A stretch of 64,000 bases of DNA, taken from the NCBI RefSeq assembly GCF_006345805.1, contig NW_021833296.1, forward strand, positions 1 to 64,000, given 5' to 3'. Each line of letters opens with the position of its first letter. Position 1 is the first letter of the stretch. This DNA comes from Octopus sinensis. Its lineage: Eukaryota. The translations under genes and the position numbers were made by a program. Shown piece after piece: positions 60,631-64,000 of the stretch. The notes beneath the pieces are model-generated. The model was not told the DNA's origin and did no database searches. It was given only the letters and a program-made list of their open reading frames with translations.

Positions 60631-61238
60631 ACTAAGAAAATAAGATAATATTGCAGAACTCGGTGACTCTGAGAGCAATGCCGGCGGAGTGCAAGCTCCT
60701 GGGATTTGCCTTCATGCTAGATAGTTAAAAAAATACAGGTTAGACTGATATGGCCCATCTCTTCCCAGAGGTAAAAGTGAGTTTGCATAGGGCCCTAGAA
60801 AAGAAAAACGCTAAGTTACAGAAGCATCGATGACTGAAAAAGGCAAAAGCCCACAGTCGTGAACAGTGGCCTATACTCGATAGGGAGCGAAGGGCTTCAT
60901 GTAAATTGTAATATCCGGAGTGGCTAGCAGGGAATTATACATCAGCTGCCACATTCATGCTGTCCAAACAAAGTTTGTAATTCTTTGTTGCTCTTCTGCA
61001 AGACAGATCGATATCTTTACATGTTTGGGCCAATTTAACATATGGTCCAGGAAACCGTTTAATGCATCTGTTGTCTATCACACAAAATGAGAATTTCTCT
61101 TGAGGTTACCACAGAGATAATGTGTTCATATGGGCTTTAGCAATTCTAAAGGGCCTAGAAGGGCGTGGAAGCTCTGTCGGTATGTTATAATCAATTTGAC
61201 TGCGATGAATTTTGTTCGTTAAGAATGTAAAAGTGTGG

Positions 61239-61461
61239 CGAGCTGGCAGATACGTTAGCAACCGGGCAAAATGTTTAGCGGTATTTCGTCTACCGTTACG
61301 TTCTGAGTTCAAATTCCGCCGAGGTCGACTTTGCCTTACATCCTTTCTGGGTCGATAAATTAAGTACCATTTACGCAGTGGGGTCGATGTAATCGTCTTA
61401 ATCCCTTCCTCTGTCCTTGTTTGTCCCCTCTATGTTTAGCTCCTTGTGGGCAATAAAGAAA
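61239..61461 (+). mobile_element. SINE-B with perfect 19-bp TSD
   Basis: TAAGAATGTAAAAGTGTGG at 61220-61238 and 61462-61480. Confidence 0.94.
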
Positions 61462-61896
61462 TAAGAATGTAAAAGTGTGGGTACATGGCAAGATATCTTC
61501 TCCGATGTACTAGTGAGGAAAGTAGCAAAAGGTAGCATAAAGAATGCTCGGTCGTGACTGATATTTGAACTCATACTCGCAAATTTTGACTTACCGTTTG
61601 AATTAATTAAAATCAGTTGATATGTCAGTTTCGAACTGATATGCGTGACAACGTATTCAGTTAATCAGCACAAGCTCTCATATTAATTATGGCTTCCATT
61701 AAAGCCGTTACCTCGCCAAACAGATATTGTAAGCGAGATACATACATAATACACACACACACACGCACATATACCAACATACTACATATATTACATATAT
61801 TATATATATATGTATATATATATATGTATATATATGAACATATATAATATAATATATCTATATATTATCTATATATGTATATATATATATATGAAC

Positions 61897-61937
<41 letters not shown>

Positions 61938-61947
61938 GATTTATTAT

Positions 61948-61983
<36 letters not shown>

Positions 61984-62084
61984 CATATTCCACACACATA
62001 TATGAATATATATAATATATTATATATATATATATAACGAGAAAAAGGAGGCGAGCGAGGGTAGACAGGAAGGTCGAGAGATCC

Positions 62085-62117
<33 letters not shown>

Positions 62118-62881
62118 CAGAGAGACAGAGAGAGAGACAGAGACAGACAGAGAGACAGACAGACAGACAAACAGACATACAGATAGACAGACAAAGTAGA
62201 AAGCATAGAAATACAAAGTCTGGAAGTGGTAAAATCCTTAATGGTGAGCAGGTGAAGGGCGAGAATAGTAAAACAGGTCTATATATACATATATGTAACA
62301 GGCATGTGTCTGTGTGTGTAAACTGCGTGTGTGTATGTGTGTGTGTGTGGAGTGTATATTGTACCAAAGATAGAATAAAGTATTATAGGCGCATGCCAGT
62401 TGGACGCAGGAAATTGTGCGATCTTATATGCGTAGACAATACGTCAGTCAATGAGAAATTGACGATGCAACAAGCATGGCAGAAGAAAAGTTCCAAAAAT
62501 GGACGGTATTGCGGTCTTAAAATGAAATAGCGTCCAACTGTATCAGGGGAGGTAACTTAGATACAGTGAAAGTAAGATTAAGTCACTTGGATATAATTTC
62601 AAGAATTCATACTTGTAAAAGACGGGAATTAAATGAGAAATAAATTTACATACGCCGCCACCCCACACATATTAACGCGCACTCGCAAACACTCATATAT
62701 CTTTATGTGCACGTGCGTGTACTGGCGCATGCGTATATTTCCCATCTACTCCATTTAAATGCACACACACATATATGTATGTATATACATACTATATATT
62801 ATATACATAGATATATACACACCTACATATATAGATATGTATATGGATATGTGTATATATACGTATGTATATAAGTATATA

Positions 62882-63110
62882 TACTTTTACTCTTTTACTC
62901 TTTTACTTGTTTCAGTCATTTGAATGTGGCCATGCTGGAGCACCGCCTTTAATCGAGGAAATCGACCCCAGGACTTATTCTTTGTAAGCCCAGTACTTAT
63001 TCTATCGGTCTTTTTTGCCGAACTGCTAAGTTACAGGGAGGCAAACACACCAGCATCAGTTGTCAAGTGATGTTGGGGAGACAAACACAGACACACAAAC
63101 ACACACGCAC

Positions 63111-63141
<31 letters not shown>

Positions 63142-63304
63142 CGACAGGCTTCTTTCAGTTTCCGTCTACCAAATCCACTCACAAGGCTTTGATCGACCCG
63201 AGGCTAGAGTAGAAGACACCTGCCCAAGGTGCCACGCAGTGGGACTGAACCCAGAACCATGTGGTTCGTAAGCAAGCTACTTACCATACAGCCTCTCCTG
63301 CGCC
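62882..63304 (-). mobile_element. SINE-A, complete
   Basis: All blocks present in reverse orientation. Confidence 0.93.
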
Positions 63305-63709
63305 ATATGTTCATATGTATATATTTATAAAATATTTTTTTGGTTTTTATTGGTATAAGCAAGCAGTATCAAAGGTATGAAAAGAAGTGTGCGAAAGAGA
63401 TGATATGGAATGTATGCCTTTATATCTGAGAGGCGGTTGTCAATTTTCTTGCAGGACAGTGATTAGCGTATGTACATATTTATCCGCGCAAGAACATATG
63501 TGTGATATTTCATATCTATTGTTCAGGCCGGGCCGCTTCTTAAAAGTTTTTTTTTTCTGTATGAAATACATGTACTGTCAGTAATTCGTAAATGACAATT
63601 ATTCTGAGTACAATCGGTATACATCCACACAAAACTTTTCTCTATATTATATCGTTATGGGTATTACTACATCTAACTCTTCCACTGAGTTCGGTTCACA
63701 TTTTCGAAA

Positions 63710-64000
63710 TCTTTCTCTATATAAACGGCAGTTTGTCTGTGCGTGTTTCTGTGTGTCTGTTTGCTTGTACCCTCACCCTGACCACGGCTTTCAACCGATT
63801 CTGATGAAACTTGACACACACATAGCCCAATGTCATAATTCAAAACTAACGCAGCGAAAATTTTGAAAAGTTTCCCCAGTTCTGAAAAAAATCAATAAAT
63901 TCGACATGGGGTCGAGAATCAGAAACAGGAACCACAAACTGTCTAGGGGACGCAACTCCACCTTTTTTAATCTAAAAAAAAACTTACCATCATTTTTTTC
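63710..64000 (+). mobile_element. Probable Helitron-like 5' end running off the window
   Basis: A|TCTTTCTCTATATAAAC.. followed by TTTGTCTGTGCGTG.. and CCGATTCTGATGAAACTTG, a layout typical of non-autonomous Helitron 5' ends. Confidence 0.5.

Noticed and set aside
63795-63812. CTGATGAAAC as a hammerhead core
   Set aside because: No stem II between CTGATGA and GAAA; it is part of the Helitron-like CCGATT..ATGAAACTT motif.

Overview
This is repeat-saturated eukaryotic DNA, inferred to be coleoid cephalopod (most likely octopus) intergenic or intronic sequence from the style of its tRNA-derived SINEs and microsatellite load. I cannot support any host protein-coding exon, rRNA, genuine tRNA gene or CRISPR array, and most ORF-track entries are microsatellite artefacts. 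The window holds four tRNA-headed SINE families (labelled A-D here, about 35 copies or fragments) and decayed mariner, maT and pogo-type DNA transposons. A Helitron (34.5-42.1 kb) hosts a SINE-B, which in turn hosts a full-length Tx1/L1-like LINE. A second Tx1-like family sits only inside (TATC)n tracts. There are several Neptune-type Penelope-like (PLE) GIY-YIG remnants. The most notable signal is about a dozen hammerhead-ribozyme (HHR) motifs, two with fully canonical cores (19399-19480 minus, 46304-46367 plus). They lie in short (TA)n-anchored non-coding elements, often beside long palindromes, which suggests a PLE/retrozyme-like system. The full-length LINE also shares its last 34 nt (31/34) with SINE-B, and it has inserted into a SINE-B head. 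All alignments and folds were done by eye; family names are inferences needing database checks.
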